A program made the position numbers and the translations under genes. A DNA stretch of 64,000 nucleotides from Proteromonas lacertae (Eukaryota), in NCBI GenBank assembly GCA_002245135.1, contig NGBS01000297.1, positions 124,001 to 188,000 of the forward strand, read 5' to 3'. The notes beneath the pieces were generated by a model. That model was not told where the DNA came from. It ran no database searches and saw only the letters and a program-made list of their open reading frames with translations. This document shows positions 40,630 through 55,249 of this stretch, one piece after another (positions within the stretch are counted from its first letter, which is position 1; every line of letters starts with the position of its first letter).

Positions 40630-41954
40630 ATGGGTCTTTGCTTATCTACTGATACACAAAAGAATAACGAGAGTCAGAGGTATTCGAATAGAGATCTATA
40701 TGCCACTCCAGCTGTTGAAAACCCTCAACAGGAAGTTATTCCTGTTCAAGAACCAAAATCAATAGATTCAAAAGTTCATAGTTATGTTCCAAGGAAAACA
40801 TCAGATATTATTACTCCTCCTGATCTTCATCATGCAAGATCAAGACAAGTATATTCTAAATATATTAATTTAATTGTTTTTAGTATGGTGTTATTGATGG
40901 AGCACAACAGCAAGAAGAAAGTGTTACTTTCTACTATATATATAAAGATGAAGAAACAAAAAAATTAATACGAATGTCAATGAAAAGTCATCCAGTATTT
41001 CAAAACATGGAACAAATACAAATAGACAGAGTAATTGATGCGATGGACAAAGTGGATGTTCCAAAAGGAGCTATATGTAGTCAACAGGGCAAAGCAGGCA
41101 GATCATTTTACACAATAGCAGAAGGTCAATTTTCAATGAAAAGTGTAGTTACAGAAAGTCAAACAATTTCATTAACACTAAATCCAGGTCATTCATTCGG
41201 TGAATTGTTTTTATTTGATACTCCAAGATTATATACAGTTGTTGCAGAAACACCAGGTGTATTATGGACTATAGATAGGACAGGATTTAGAAAAACTCTT
41301 GAAATATATGAAAAAAATAAAATAAAAGATAGAATCAAATTTTTGAAAAGAATGGAAATATTCAAGCCATTAGTACATGATGAATTTAATAAATTAGCTG
41401 AAGCTTGTATTCAATTGTATTATAAGAAGAACGAAACTATTATTCATGAAGGTGAACTAGTGGATGAACACAGTTATTTTTTTATAATTGAAAGTGGAAG
41501 AGTGAAAGTAAATTTAGCATATAAATCCTCCAATAGAGATGAAGTATTAGTTAATATTTATTTATTTTAAATAGAAATATACGGTATTAAAGACTGGTGC
41601 ATTTTTCGGTGAAAGATCATTAATTACTGATGAACCAAGATCAACAGATGTAATAGCAATGACAAATGTGATTTTATTAGCCTTAGATCGAGCTTCATTT
41701 GTCAAACTACTAGGACCCATAGAGCCAATTTTGAATAGAACAATAGATACATATGGTGTTGTAGCACTTAAAGATATTCCTGTATTATCATTTCTAACGA
41801 ATGAGGAGAGAGAAAAACTATATGCATTGATGATTAAGAAAACATACAAAGGAGGTGATATAATATATCATGTTGGTGATAGTATCAATTTTAATATAAT
41901 AATGGAAGGTGAAGTGATAAGAACAATGAAAGATCAAGATTATGATGATTTAAA

Positions 41955-41985
<31 letters not shown>

Positions 41986-43669
41986 TCTTTACATTAATGT
42001 TTATATAAATAGAAAAAGAATAGCTAGTTCTGATGGTTTTGCAACATCACAAAATGATCCATTTGCTAGTCGAAGGACAAGTCGTACAAATTCTCCACGC
42101 AATGAAAAGATGAAAGCCACTAATGGAAGTATCGGTCCTGACAGTCTACCAGGTGTAGTAAATGAACCATCTGCTAGAACATCAATGCCAGGACAATCAC
42201 TACTTCCACATCCATTCGAATATCCTCCAAGCTCAAATCCTTTACAAATACAAAAGACAAGTATAACTGCTGCTATTCAAGAACACAATTCAAAGACATT
42301 ACATAGACATCAAAGTGAAACAAGAATCAGTATTAACGTAAAATCAAGAGTTACACCAGCAAGAAGACAATCATGTGGTATTGGACAAAATCAATTGTTA
42401 CATGACTTATTAATGAAAGGCGATTATTTTGGTGGTACTTCTATAATTAGAAATAAAGGTAAAAGTTTATATAAATATACAGCGAAAGAGATGGTAACAT
42501 GTTTGACATTAGATGCAAATACTTTTCATGATTATATTATGAAAAATGTATATATATATATATATAATTATTTATGATTATTTATTTGTATATAGCCATC
42601 TTCAAAGAAATTTTTAAAACAATTTATAAATCCAAATCAAAACAAAGAAGAAGAAAGTAGTATAGAAAAACGAAAACCAACAGGAAGTGGACAAATCAAT
42701 GATGTAAGACAATTCAAAATCATTCAACCTCTAGGTAAAGGTGCATTTGGTTTAGTTATATTAGTAGAAGATAAGAAGCATAAACAATATGCAATAAAAT
42801 GTGTAAAACGTACAAGGTTAATAGATGAAAAAGGCAAATCACACAGAGATGCAATTGTGTCAGTATTACAGGAAAAAAAGATTTTAACTCAATTACCAGT
42901 AAGTCCATTTATTGAAAGATTTTATGGGACTTGTGTAGATGATAATTATTGTTATTATATCATAGAGTTTATTAATGGCGGTGAATTACATTATCAGATG
43001 TATAGTGATGTTGGCGATTCATTATCAATGGATGAAAAGAGTGTTCAGTTTTATGTTTCAAATATTGTAGTAATGTTATCAGATTTACATGATGAAAAAA
43101 TAGCATATAGAGATTTAAAACCAGAGAATCTTGTAATTGATAAGAAAACAGGATATTTGAAATTAATTGATTTTGGTTTTGCTAAACAGATATTCAGGAA
43201 AACGTGGACTATCTGTGGAACTCCTTATTATATTGCTCCAGAGATTATTTGCTGTACTGGTCATGATACTGCTGTTGATTGGTGGACTTTAGGAATCATT
43301 TGTTATGAATTAGTTGCTGGTGTTACTCCATTTAGTGGTGAAAATCCATTACAAACTTATAATTTGATTCTGAATGGTGAATTAGATTTTTCTACTCTTA
43401 CTATAAGCGAAAATTTGCAGGATCTGATTATTAGGTTATTACAAAGGTCCAAGACACTTAGATTGGGTAATTTACAGAGAGGAGCTAAAGATATATTTGA
43501 TCATCCATTCTTTGAAGAATTAAACTGGGATGATATTAGAAATAGACGTATAAAAGCACCAAAGTTAAAGAGACCAGTAGAAAATAAGCAATCGCCTTGT
43601 CCTGAGAAAATAGTTTTGGGAAGTGGTAATGGAGACTGGGTAAAAGGTACAAAACTTGAAAATTTTTGA
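40630..43669 (+). CDS. cGMP-dependent protein kinase-like (multiple cNMP-binding domains + AGC kinase)
   Basis: SFGELFLFDTPR, FFGERSLITDEPRS; kinase motifs LGKGAFG, YRDLKPEN, DFGFAK, TWTICGTPYYIAPE; MGLC N-terminus. Confidence 0.9.
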
Positions 43670-43866
43670 GTATAGTAAATGTGAAATATACTTTATTTAT
43701 TAAGATCTTTTTTATTGTATTTATATTTCTTTTTTAATTTTTGTGGGGTTACTGAAAGTAAGTGAAAATTTTCATTATAAATTTTGAAAAAATATTATAT
43801 TTTGATAATTCTCGTCATTTTCAATATATTGTATGATAATAGGATTGTAGTTGAATAACAACAAAA

Positions 43867-45213
43867 ATGATAAATCCATGGATTGTTTTAGTATGCTTTT
43901 TATTGAAATATTTGGTGATAGTTAAGTGCAATGTTACTTATGACAATGCTTAATGTCTTCATAATAATGAGGAATTTAACACCATCATTAAATGATAATG
44001 AACCAGAAGCTGTATATGATTTGAGAGTAGTTCCAAAAGAACACCTTAGGCATGGTATAGAATATTATTATTACATATAATAGTCCCTGAAGTTATGCCT
44101 GGAACCTTTTCAATCGTGTTAGTCGATCATAATGAATCAATGCTTTTTAAGACATATCCTATTTATATTAATTATTAAATAATATGTTTTTCTTAATTAA
44201 TATTTACAATAGATTCAATATTAACTAATTCAACACCATCACTACTAGGCGAAATATTAGTAATTGATGATGGATCACCAACACCAGTTGTATACAATCA
44301 TTCCAAGGTCAGAATCATAAGAAACGGTATAATTTATAATATATAATCAATATAGATGTAAGAACTGGATTAATTCAAGCAAGAAATACAGGTGGAAATG
44401 AAGCAAGATGTGAATACTTAGCAATTATGGATGCTCATATAAAAGTAGCTAAAGGATGGTTAGATCAACCTTATGAACTAATGAAGAAAGATTATAGGAC
44501 AATGGTAAGTCCTGTTGTGTTTATAATGGATCAAGAACACTTTGAATTTCAACCTGGAAGAAATGGCTTGATGAGGTATTTATTATACATATTTTATGAA
44601 TAGTTCTGCTGGTTTTTATTGGACATTCCGTCACAAATGGAGATCAGGAGTACCTGGTACAATGCAAACAGCTGCTACAATGGGTGAATTTTTCATTACC
44701 AAAAGATGGTGGACTGGAAATTGAAGGAATGGACACAGGAATGTTACAATGGGGAGGTGAAAATATTGATATTTCATTACGAACTTGGATGTGTGGTGGG
44801 CAGATAGTAGTTGCTGATAAAACGTATATAGCACATGCATTTAGGAAGAAAGCACCTTATAAAGTGGATGTGAAGAATGTAGCAAGGAATGCAGCAAGAT
44901 CTGCTGAAGTATGGTTAGGACCTGAATATATTCATAAATTTTATAAAGCTAGAAAGATTAAGAGAGGATCTATTGATTATGGTGATATTTCAAGTATGAT
45001 TTATATCGTAAAATCTGTGATTTGTTTAGAACCTTTGGCAATGAAGGAGAGACTGAAATGTCACAATTTTTCATGGTTTGTAGAGAAGTTTAAGGGTATT
45101 TCACCCTGTGATCATGGTATATTACTCTTTTTTATAAATTATTCATAGATGATAAAAATTGTGGAAATTATAGAAATGTAGAGCCAAAGCAATTAGATCC
45201 TAGATTTTATTAA
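43867..45213 (+). CDS. Polypeptide N-acetylgalactosaminyltransferase (GT27-like), no ricin lectin domain
   Basis: EILVIDDGS, RTGLIQARNTG, MDAH, WGGENIDISLRTWMCGG, AHAFRKKAPY, RLKCHNFSWF. Confidence 0.9.
44154..44207 (+). other. U12-type AT-AC intron (GalNAc-T)
   Basis: 5' ATATCCT, branch TTTTCTTAAT, 3' TTTAC. Removing it restores MLFKTIDSILTNS. Confidence 0.9.
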
Positions 45214-45320
45214 AATAGATGTTATATAATTTTTCCTTTTATTTCTATTGATTTTTTGTTTTTTTAGTAAATACGCTTCAATACACTTGTATTTGATAGT
45301 ATTATTTGTATTTTTGAATT

Positions 45321-45683
45321 ATGATGTTTAGGGTTAATGTATCATTTTTTAAAACTATATTTTAGAATATAACGCGAGTAATAAAACCAATTAATAGAAT
45401 AAATAGTATTCTACCAACAAATTCAGCTAGATCTTTTGTTGTTCATGTAAAATATAATCAAACCAATAAAGATACAATTACAGAGAATAAAATGTTATAC
45501 TTGAATTTAATACTGTGTGGAATATTCTCAGTTCCCATTATCTATGAAGCTCACAAATATAGACATGGTGAAGAGTTTAGAACAAAGCTAAATGAAAAAT
45601 TTCCAGCAATTGGCAAGTGTTTTACTACATTATTTCTACCTAATCAGAATAAATCTGAAAAAGAAGACAATATAACAAAATAA
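45321..45683 (+). CDS. Small single-TM protein with mitochondrial presequence-like N-terminus
   Basis: MMFRVN|NITRVIKPINRINS..ARSF, then TM LYLNLILCGIFSVPII; one intron. Confidence 0.5.
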
Positions 45684-45776
45684 TAATAATTCTATTGTTT
45701 TTATGCTTAATGTAATATCAATAATACAATCAATAGTTTAAAAACTAATAAATAGGAAAAAACTAATTCACATTTT

Positions 45777-48107
<2,331 letters not shown>

Positions 48108-48325
48108 TTTTATAATCTCAAGCTTTTCAAGCTTTTCAAGGTTGTAATATATGATTTATTCTGCTAATCATCAATGAAATAAGTTCGTATATTTATTTTT
48201 AGTATTATTTTTAGTATTTATACCAATAAACAAATTTATAATAAACAATAAAGATTATTTTTATAGATTTATAGTATATTTTTATATATAATAATAATAT
48301 GAATAGACATTTAGTTACACTTTGG

Positions 48326-49053
48326 CTATTTTAGATCTTGATGCATTCTTTTTAATACACTCTGTAGCAAGTTTTATTTACATGAACATGTATATACGGT
48401 CTGGTTGGATGGTTTACATATATTAATACAATCATGGAGAAATACTTCATGTTTAATTCTATCACAGACCACTCTAGTTTCATCAGGACCAGGTATAATT
48501 CCTCTCATAGATAATAGTTTCACTTTTACAGCATGTACAATATCTTCGAAAGTGATGTGTAATTGGCCTAACAAAGACTCTCTATATGCTATCTTGTATA
48601 TTACTCCATTTATTTCTATTTTGTTTTTCATATCTCTTCTATCTCTATTTCTTGTTACTTTTGTTTTATTTTGCATTGGCTCAGGTATAGTTTCATTAGA
48701 TAATAGATTTAAAGCACATGCTTTTGTTGGTTCTATTCCAAAGCTTGGTAGTCGGTGGATCTACTGTAGTGGATGGATATAATGGAGCATCTGGAAGTTG
48801 TAATGGAGTTAGTGCTTCTGCAGGTGTTGATAATAATGTGTTTATGATGTAACGCATCTTCTGGTGCAGCGTTAGAAAAAATCTGTGTGCTATAACCAAA
48901 TTTGGATTGGTGTATATGTGGAGCCATTATTGGTGATATACAATTATTGCTGGAATAGTCTTCTTCAAAATTGTAGTAGCTGAGTGGCTCTAACTCTTCC
49001 TCATGAAGCTCATCAAAGTTAAATAAAGTGTCTGGTTGTGCTATTTGAGTCAT
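48326..49053 (-). CDS. Hypothetical protein (acidic N-terminus, basic C-terminal domain); needs two +1 shifts
   Basis: Three overlapping ORFs, each offset +1 from the last (49053-48733, 48899-48696, 48676-48374). Confidence 0.5.
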
Positions 49054-49110
49054 TATTTAATTATAAACGCAAAAAGAAATAATCCTAAAAATTCAAACTA
49101 TTCAAACCTA

Positions 49111-49172
49111 ATTGGCCAATAAAAATGCACCAATTTTGCCGCTTTAATATTAATATGGCAGAAGCGCGAAAA
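49111..49172. promoter_or_regulatory. CCAAT boxes plus E2F-like sites
   Basis: ATTGGCCAAT palindrome, a second CCAAT, TTTTGCCGC and GCGCGAAAA upstream of the ATG at 49053. Confidence 0.4.
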
Positions 49173-49823
49173 AATCTGAGCTAGATGCATTCATTTTTAA
49201 TGTTTTTAATTCATTCTTTTATCTCCATAGAAGCTCCTGTACTACTTATTTTACCTTTACATTTGGTTTCATGAATATATAACAGATCTGAGAGTGGGGT
49301 TGGGTTTATGTTATGTTATAATATTTCTAATTTTTCTCATCAAAGTGACATGGTTATAATACATTATTTATCACTTTATAAAAAACTAGCTCAACTTCTT
49401 GAGTTTGGATCATTTATCATAACATATTATTACAATATCTCAGAGTATACATGTATTAGGTATGTTGAAGGTCGAGTAAAACATACAGATATATAGAATT
49501 CTTTGAAAGTATGTAATATGTCTAGATATAGAGTGTATGCTTATTTAGGGAGTAAATATAGCTAGAATAAATGTTTAAACAAACATCTGTATATGTTCTT
49601 AACAGTTTATTCAATATTTTGGCTATTTATTTTCTTATACTTATATGAAGATATATTATATATAAACACATACACTATAACATATAATGATAGTTACAGA
49701 AAAATAAGTGCAAATATCAATGAAAGAATTTGAGAAATTACATTTTATGTAAAATCTTGGATAGGAAAAAGATTAACACTACATAAAAACAAAGGAAAAC
49801 TTTAATTCGTTCTAAACACATAA

Positions 49824-50560
49824 TTAATTTAAACCAAGCGAACTTTTAACATCAATTAATACTCTGTTATTATATTCTTCTTTATTTGTTCTGAATTGTT
49901 TTGCAGCTACATTACATCTATATACAATGTATACCTTCTATATTTGCAGGACTTTCTGGATTTGGTTCGGCTAACATACTCATTACCTAATTAATTTAAT
50001 AACACAATAATATTAATACTGAAATCAGTATTTTTTCTGTTGATTGAGCTGGGCTCCATCTTTCACAACTCTGTTCATAACCCCATATATCTTCTCCCTA
50101 AGTATATTATATAAAATGTAATTAAATATAATACTGGTGGATGTAAAATTGATATACAAACCTATTACATTTAGAAATTATATTTTTAAATACCTTTCCA
50201 TCACTATGTATGTTAGGATGCCATATTGGAGGATCAAAATATAATGTTGGCTATTAGATATAAATTGAATTTGATACTGGATTTAATGGATAGTCATTAG
50301 GATATTTTAAGGTACAACGAAAGCATCCACCTTCATACGGAGTATCTGGTGGTCCTCTTAATATATTGGTATAAAAAATATACAAAATTATTGCTTCCCA
50401 TTCTAGTAAATTATCTTCATTTTTTGGGCCTAACAAATAAATAAATTCTATATACCAGCTGTAATACAGTCAGTAGGATGAAGTGTTAGTTCTAATGAAA
50501 AATATGATTCATATTAATACCTTTAAATTCTTGGATTAACCTTCTAGCTGCTTTGCACAT
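49824..50560 (-). CDS. UBE2G2: Ubiquitin-conjugating enzyme E2 G2 / Ubc7
   Basis: AARRLIQEFKEL, GPPDTPYEGG, WHPNIHSDGKVCISILHPPGEDIWGYEQSCERWSP; 8 introns. Confidence 0.93.
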
Positions 50561-50677
50561 GAAAAAAAGCCTTTTCAAATTCTGAGACAAGATCTGATCT
50601 GAAATGGTAATATTTTCAAAAATCAATTATTTAAGGCATTATAACAAAATAATATCTAAAAAACTAATATATATAAT

Positions 50678-53600
50678 TTACATGTAAATAAAATTAATAA
50701 TAAATAATAACAAAAATGAAACAATGATTACAGATGAATAATCAGTTTTTCTATCTTTATAACATTGACTAATAAAATCACCTTTAATACATCTTCCAAT
50801 TAGTTCTAAATCACTACCATCCAGAGCACTATTATACCCAGTAGACTCTAAACAAAAGAAACATCCAGGCATATTATTACATGAATAGAGATCTTTTATT
50901 TCTTCACAAGGAATATAATTAATTGTGTAATTTATATATTGCGGAATTAAACCACCTCTATTCTCAAGACTAAACCATAGTACTAATTTATTATAACCAA
51001 TACTTCTATAAGCTATCTTTCTACTATACATGATTTCAATATAAAAATGTAAATGAATTTGTATTATATCATTTGGTTGAAATATTTCTATATCTCTATC
51101 AGGAGTTTTCCATTCCTTTTTACTGTATGAATAATAATACATTTCAATATCTGGAAAGTAGTTATTATACTCTTTAGTAGCTTGAATGAATGAGATGTTT
51201 GTTGGAATATCATTCGTTCCATTGAAATAAACATCAATATCTTTTGGTTCATATAATTCTATATCCTCTAATTCTTCAGTATCAAAGTTAATAGTAAAAT
51301 TATCACAATCAAAAAAACCATTACATTGTCCTAGACAATCTTTTCCTGTATCATTATTTAAACCAGTATTTCCATTTACACAATATCCACATTCATTATA
51401 ATAACTTCCATCACATGAATCATTATTACAACCAATCATATAATCATCCTCTAAAGCTATTAAAAATATAGAAATATGGAAAATATACTCGTATTACCAC
51501 CTACACAATAACCACACTTATTAATAAATGCATTTCCAAAACAATCCCCATTGCAGTCTTTACCTGTACTATTATCCACACCAGTATTTCCACCAACACA
51601 ATATCCACATTCATTAATGAAACTTCCATCACATGAAAAATTATTGCATCCTATCATAAAATTTGGTGTTAATCCTATCAAAGAAATATAATATGGTTAT
51701 ATAAGATTAATATCATACCGGTATTACCAGATACACAATAACCACAATTATCAATATATGCATATGCAAAACAATCATTATTGCAATCTATTGCATAATC
51801 AATTGGTAATTCTACATTATATATATATATATAATGATAAAGAATGATAGATAATTAGGAGGGGAAAAAAAGAAAAAAAATAAGTGGTTCATCCGAGGGT
51901 CGAACTCGGGACCTTCTGCGTGTAAAGCAGACGTGATAACCACTACACCAACGAGCCACACATTTTGTTCTTATTTTAGCATTTATAAAGACTCATACTT
52001 GTATTTCCTAAAACACATACACCGCACCTATTCCTAATAGCGCTTCCAAAACAGTCATCGTTACAATCCAATGATGAATTTCTTCCTGTTTTACCTCCAA
52101 AACACGTTCCACATTTATCCATTCTTGCATTACCATTGCAATAACCACCACAATCAACATCTTCTCTCTATTTAAACAATATAACATATCAAAAACATAA
52201 ATAAATACCTTACAACATGGTATTTTACTATCAGCATAATCTTCACCTACATACACAAAATCACCTCCGCAATTACCAAAACAATCTAATTTATCATACT
52301 TACAGCATACAATATCACCAAAAGGATTTTGCAAATGAATTTCATCATCTTTACACTGATCATCACACGGATAGTTATATAGAATATGATCACAACCATA
52401 ACAACTATTATTACCTTTATATACTCCACACTCATCACAATAATTCTCATTATCTTCATTATTAAGATCTATATCATACTTTAATCCTGAATATTGATAG
52501 TCTTTTGATATAAAATCATAATAGAATAATTTTAAGATATAATAATAATTATCCATTTCTAATGATGGAATTTCACAATAGAAAATAGAATTACTCTCAT
52601 ATCTATATATATTATATATACAAATAAATAATAATAAAATACATAGCATTTGCAGATAATACTTCTTTTTCATTTTTATCATATAGTATACATTTTATTC
52701 TAATAACAATACTCTCATCTTCTCTATAATAATAATCTCCAACAAATGTCACTACTTCTTCACTTGTATAATTAATAGGTAAAATACACCATGAAGATGA
52801 AATTGGATAGAATGTTATTTCAGTATAATTCTTCCACAATTTCAATGGTATATAATTACTAATTATTTGACATTCAAAATCACTACTAAAATTCAAATAT
52901 GGTAATATTGTATTATAATATGATGATAAATGAGGAGATCTTAATCCACTATAATATAATGAATCTCCCTTTTCATCTAATTTACTGATTCTATCTGAAT
53001 ATCCCATATCAATTAATTGTTGAAAAGTGTATATATTGTAATATGATATTTTTACAACTCCTGAAGAATTAATTGTTATTCCAAATGTATAATAAAGAGC
53101 TGGAATAACTATCATTGTCATATTCTTGTATATAACAGTTAGTTCTGATTCTGTTGATTTGTAGTATATCGTAGAGTGTTCATTCATGTGTGGATTCTAC
53201 ATATTATTCAGTAAAATATACGTAATTTGTATATAAACCAGCAATCAGAGTGTTACAGTAGGTATGTGGTTCATTTTGTATTGATCTTTGATAAATATAG
53301 CATGATAACTAATAATATTTAATTATATTATACAGATTCATTCATATGAATTATTCCATTTGGGTCTATAAACACATCATTATAAATTCTGTTATAAAAT
53401 CGAAATCCAAACTACAAATAAAATAAAATTCATACATTTAAATGAACTCTTTCATATGGAACATCATCTGTATATGAAGCATAAGACACTTTGAATTCAC
53501 TCAGATCAGGTAGGCTGGGTTCAATTTCTTTATAATCGATAATATAATAACTGGAATAAGCCATATGTATAAATAAAAACAATAAAACTATAGAATTCAT
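50678..53600 (-). CDS. Cys-rich surface protein: signal peptide, DCxGxCxG..DxCGxCVGGNTG repeats, PSI-like motif, C-terminal hydrophobic anchor
   Basis: Repeated CGYCVGGNTG units; PCEEIKDLYSCNNMPGCFFC; hydrophobic termini. Confidence 0.75.
51885..51957 (-). tRNA. tRNA-Val(TAC), intronic
   Basis: GGCTCGTTGGTGTAGTGGTTATCACG TCTGC TT TAC AC GCAGA AGGTC CCGAG TTCGACC CTCGG ATGAACCA, followed by a T-rich terminator. Confidence 0.93.
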
Positions 53601-54007
53601 GTAGAAAAACACATAAATATAAAAAAATCAAATTTTAGGGTTAAAAAACCAATAACAAAGAGATGTTTATTTATTTAAAAATCATTAGAAGTAAAAATTG
53701 TGGGTTTAGTAAAAATTATAAAATTGTAAGAAAATTCATGCATTTCATTCAATGCATTCATTTCTTAAATGTTACTCATCCATATATTCTATTAATAATG
53801 TTATACAATAAAAAAAAGAATGATACATAATTTCAAAAATATCTCAAGAATTTGGCTAAACTAACAAGTGTATTAACACATAAACATCATTATATCATTC
53901 ACAAGTCACTTCAGTAAAGAGTAATAAGTGAATTAATATTAACCAATCATTATTGTTTATATTGTAACACCTCTATTTTTATTAATTATTATTTGAAGGA
54001 AAGAGTA

Positions 54008-54993
54008 ATGTCATGGAATGTTGATGAAGAAAAACAGCTTTTATATGCTATGAGGGAAATAAAAAGAGAAGGATTAAGGGAAGATGATATCACATTAGAG
54101 CAATGGCGACAAGCTACAGAAGAAGTTAATAAAATAAGAGGAATATCACGAACACCATCCGATATAGTTAATCATTATAATATTTTGAAAGACAAATACA
54201 GCGTATACTAAATCTGTGATAAATGATAGAGAATATATTCGGAAACTCTGAATTCAGAATGGCCATTGCTTGATTTATGTAAAGAAATATTTAGCAATGT
54301 ATTGTTAAACATTTAATATATTATCGGATAGGCGATGATTCAGCCCACAGAAATAATCAAACCACCACATGGTAGCAAACATTGGACATACGATGAAGAG
54401 AAATTGCTAATAGATGTTTTGCTATCACATAAAAATGATGTTCCAGGATTTGGTTTAAAAATAGTCTATACTACATGGTTACAAGTAACAGATGCTATAA
54501 ACCATGAATTTGGAACATCTAGAACAGTTGAAAGTATTAAAAAACACTATAGGAAACTGAGAACTAAATATTTAGTAATAATTACTTAATTCATATATAA
54601 TGTAGATAGAAAAGTCAAACACAAATGCTTCTACAAGATGGGTACATTTTGATAAAATGGAAGAACTGGTTTCATCTGAAAATGACGGAGTATTGAGTTT
54701 TATTTTGATTATTTTTTCATTAGAAAGCATATTCTTATTTGAACGGTAATGCTCCAGTTCAATCGTCTCAAAGAAGTTCAACAATATCATTACAACAACA
54801 ACAGCAACAGCAAAGGTATTCTACACAGGTATTAATAGATAATGTAACAGCACTTCATCAGAAGAGGAAATGTAATTATGAAATGATATTGGAATATATT
54901 AATCTACTGAAAAAGAAGATGAGAATAGAAAAAGAGAATGATAATGAAGTATTAGAAAATTTAAAGAAAGAATGTGAGAAGAAAAAGGAATAA
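54008..54993 (+). CDS. Protein with two Myb/SANT-like (trihelix-type) domains, polyQ and coiled coil
   Basis: WNVDEEKQLL..W....RTPSDIVNHYNILK and HWTYDEEKLLI..W....RTVESIKKHYRKLR. Confidence 0.8.
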
Positions 54994-55075
54994 TATTTAT
55001 ATATGTGTTTTTTTAAAATCTGTTTTTATACACAATAGAAAAACATAACAATAGATATAATTACTAATCATTTTT

Positions 55076-55216
55076 TTAATACATCAATCTCTTTTCACCA
55101 ATTGGATAAAAATATATCTGGTTATTATCAAAACAGCTAACAACATATATTGTATCACATATAACCACTGTATCTAATAATGACACATTACAATGTCTTG
55201 GTCCTTCAATATAACC

Positions 55217-55249
<33 letters not shown>

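Noticed and set aside
48365..48385. AAA TAA Euplotes-type frameshift motif at an ORF end
   Set aside because: It lies within a plausible 36-nt GT-AG intron.
50335..50345. Rare CCG codon as a general frameshift trigger
   Set aside because: UBE2G2 (ACT CCG TAT) and other genes read through CCG in frame.
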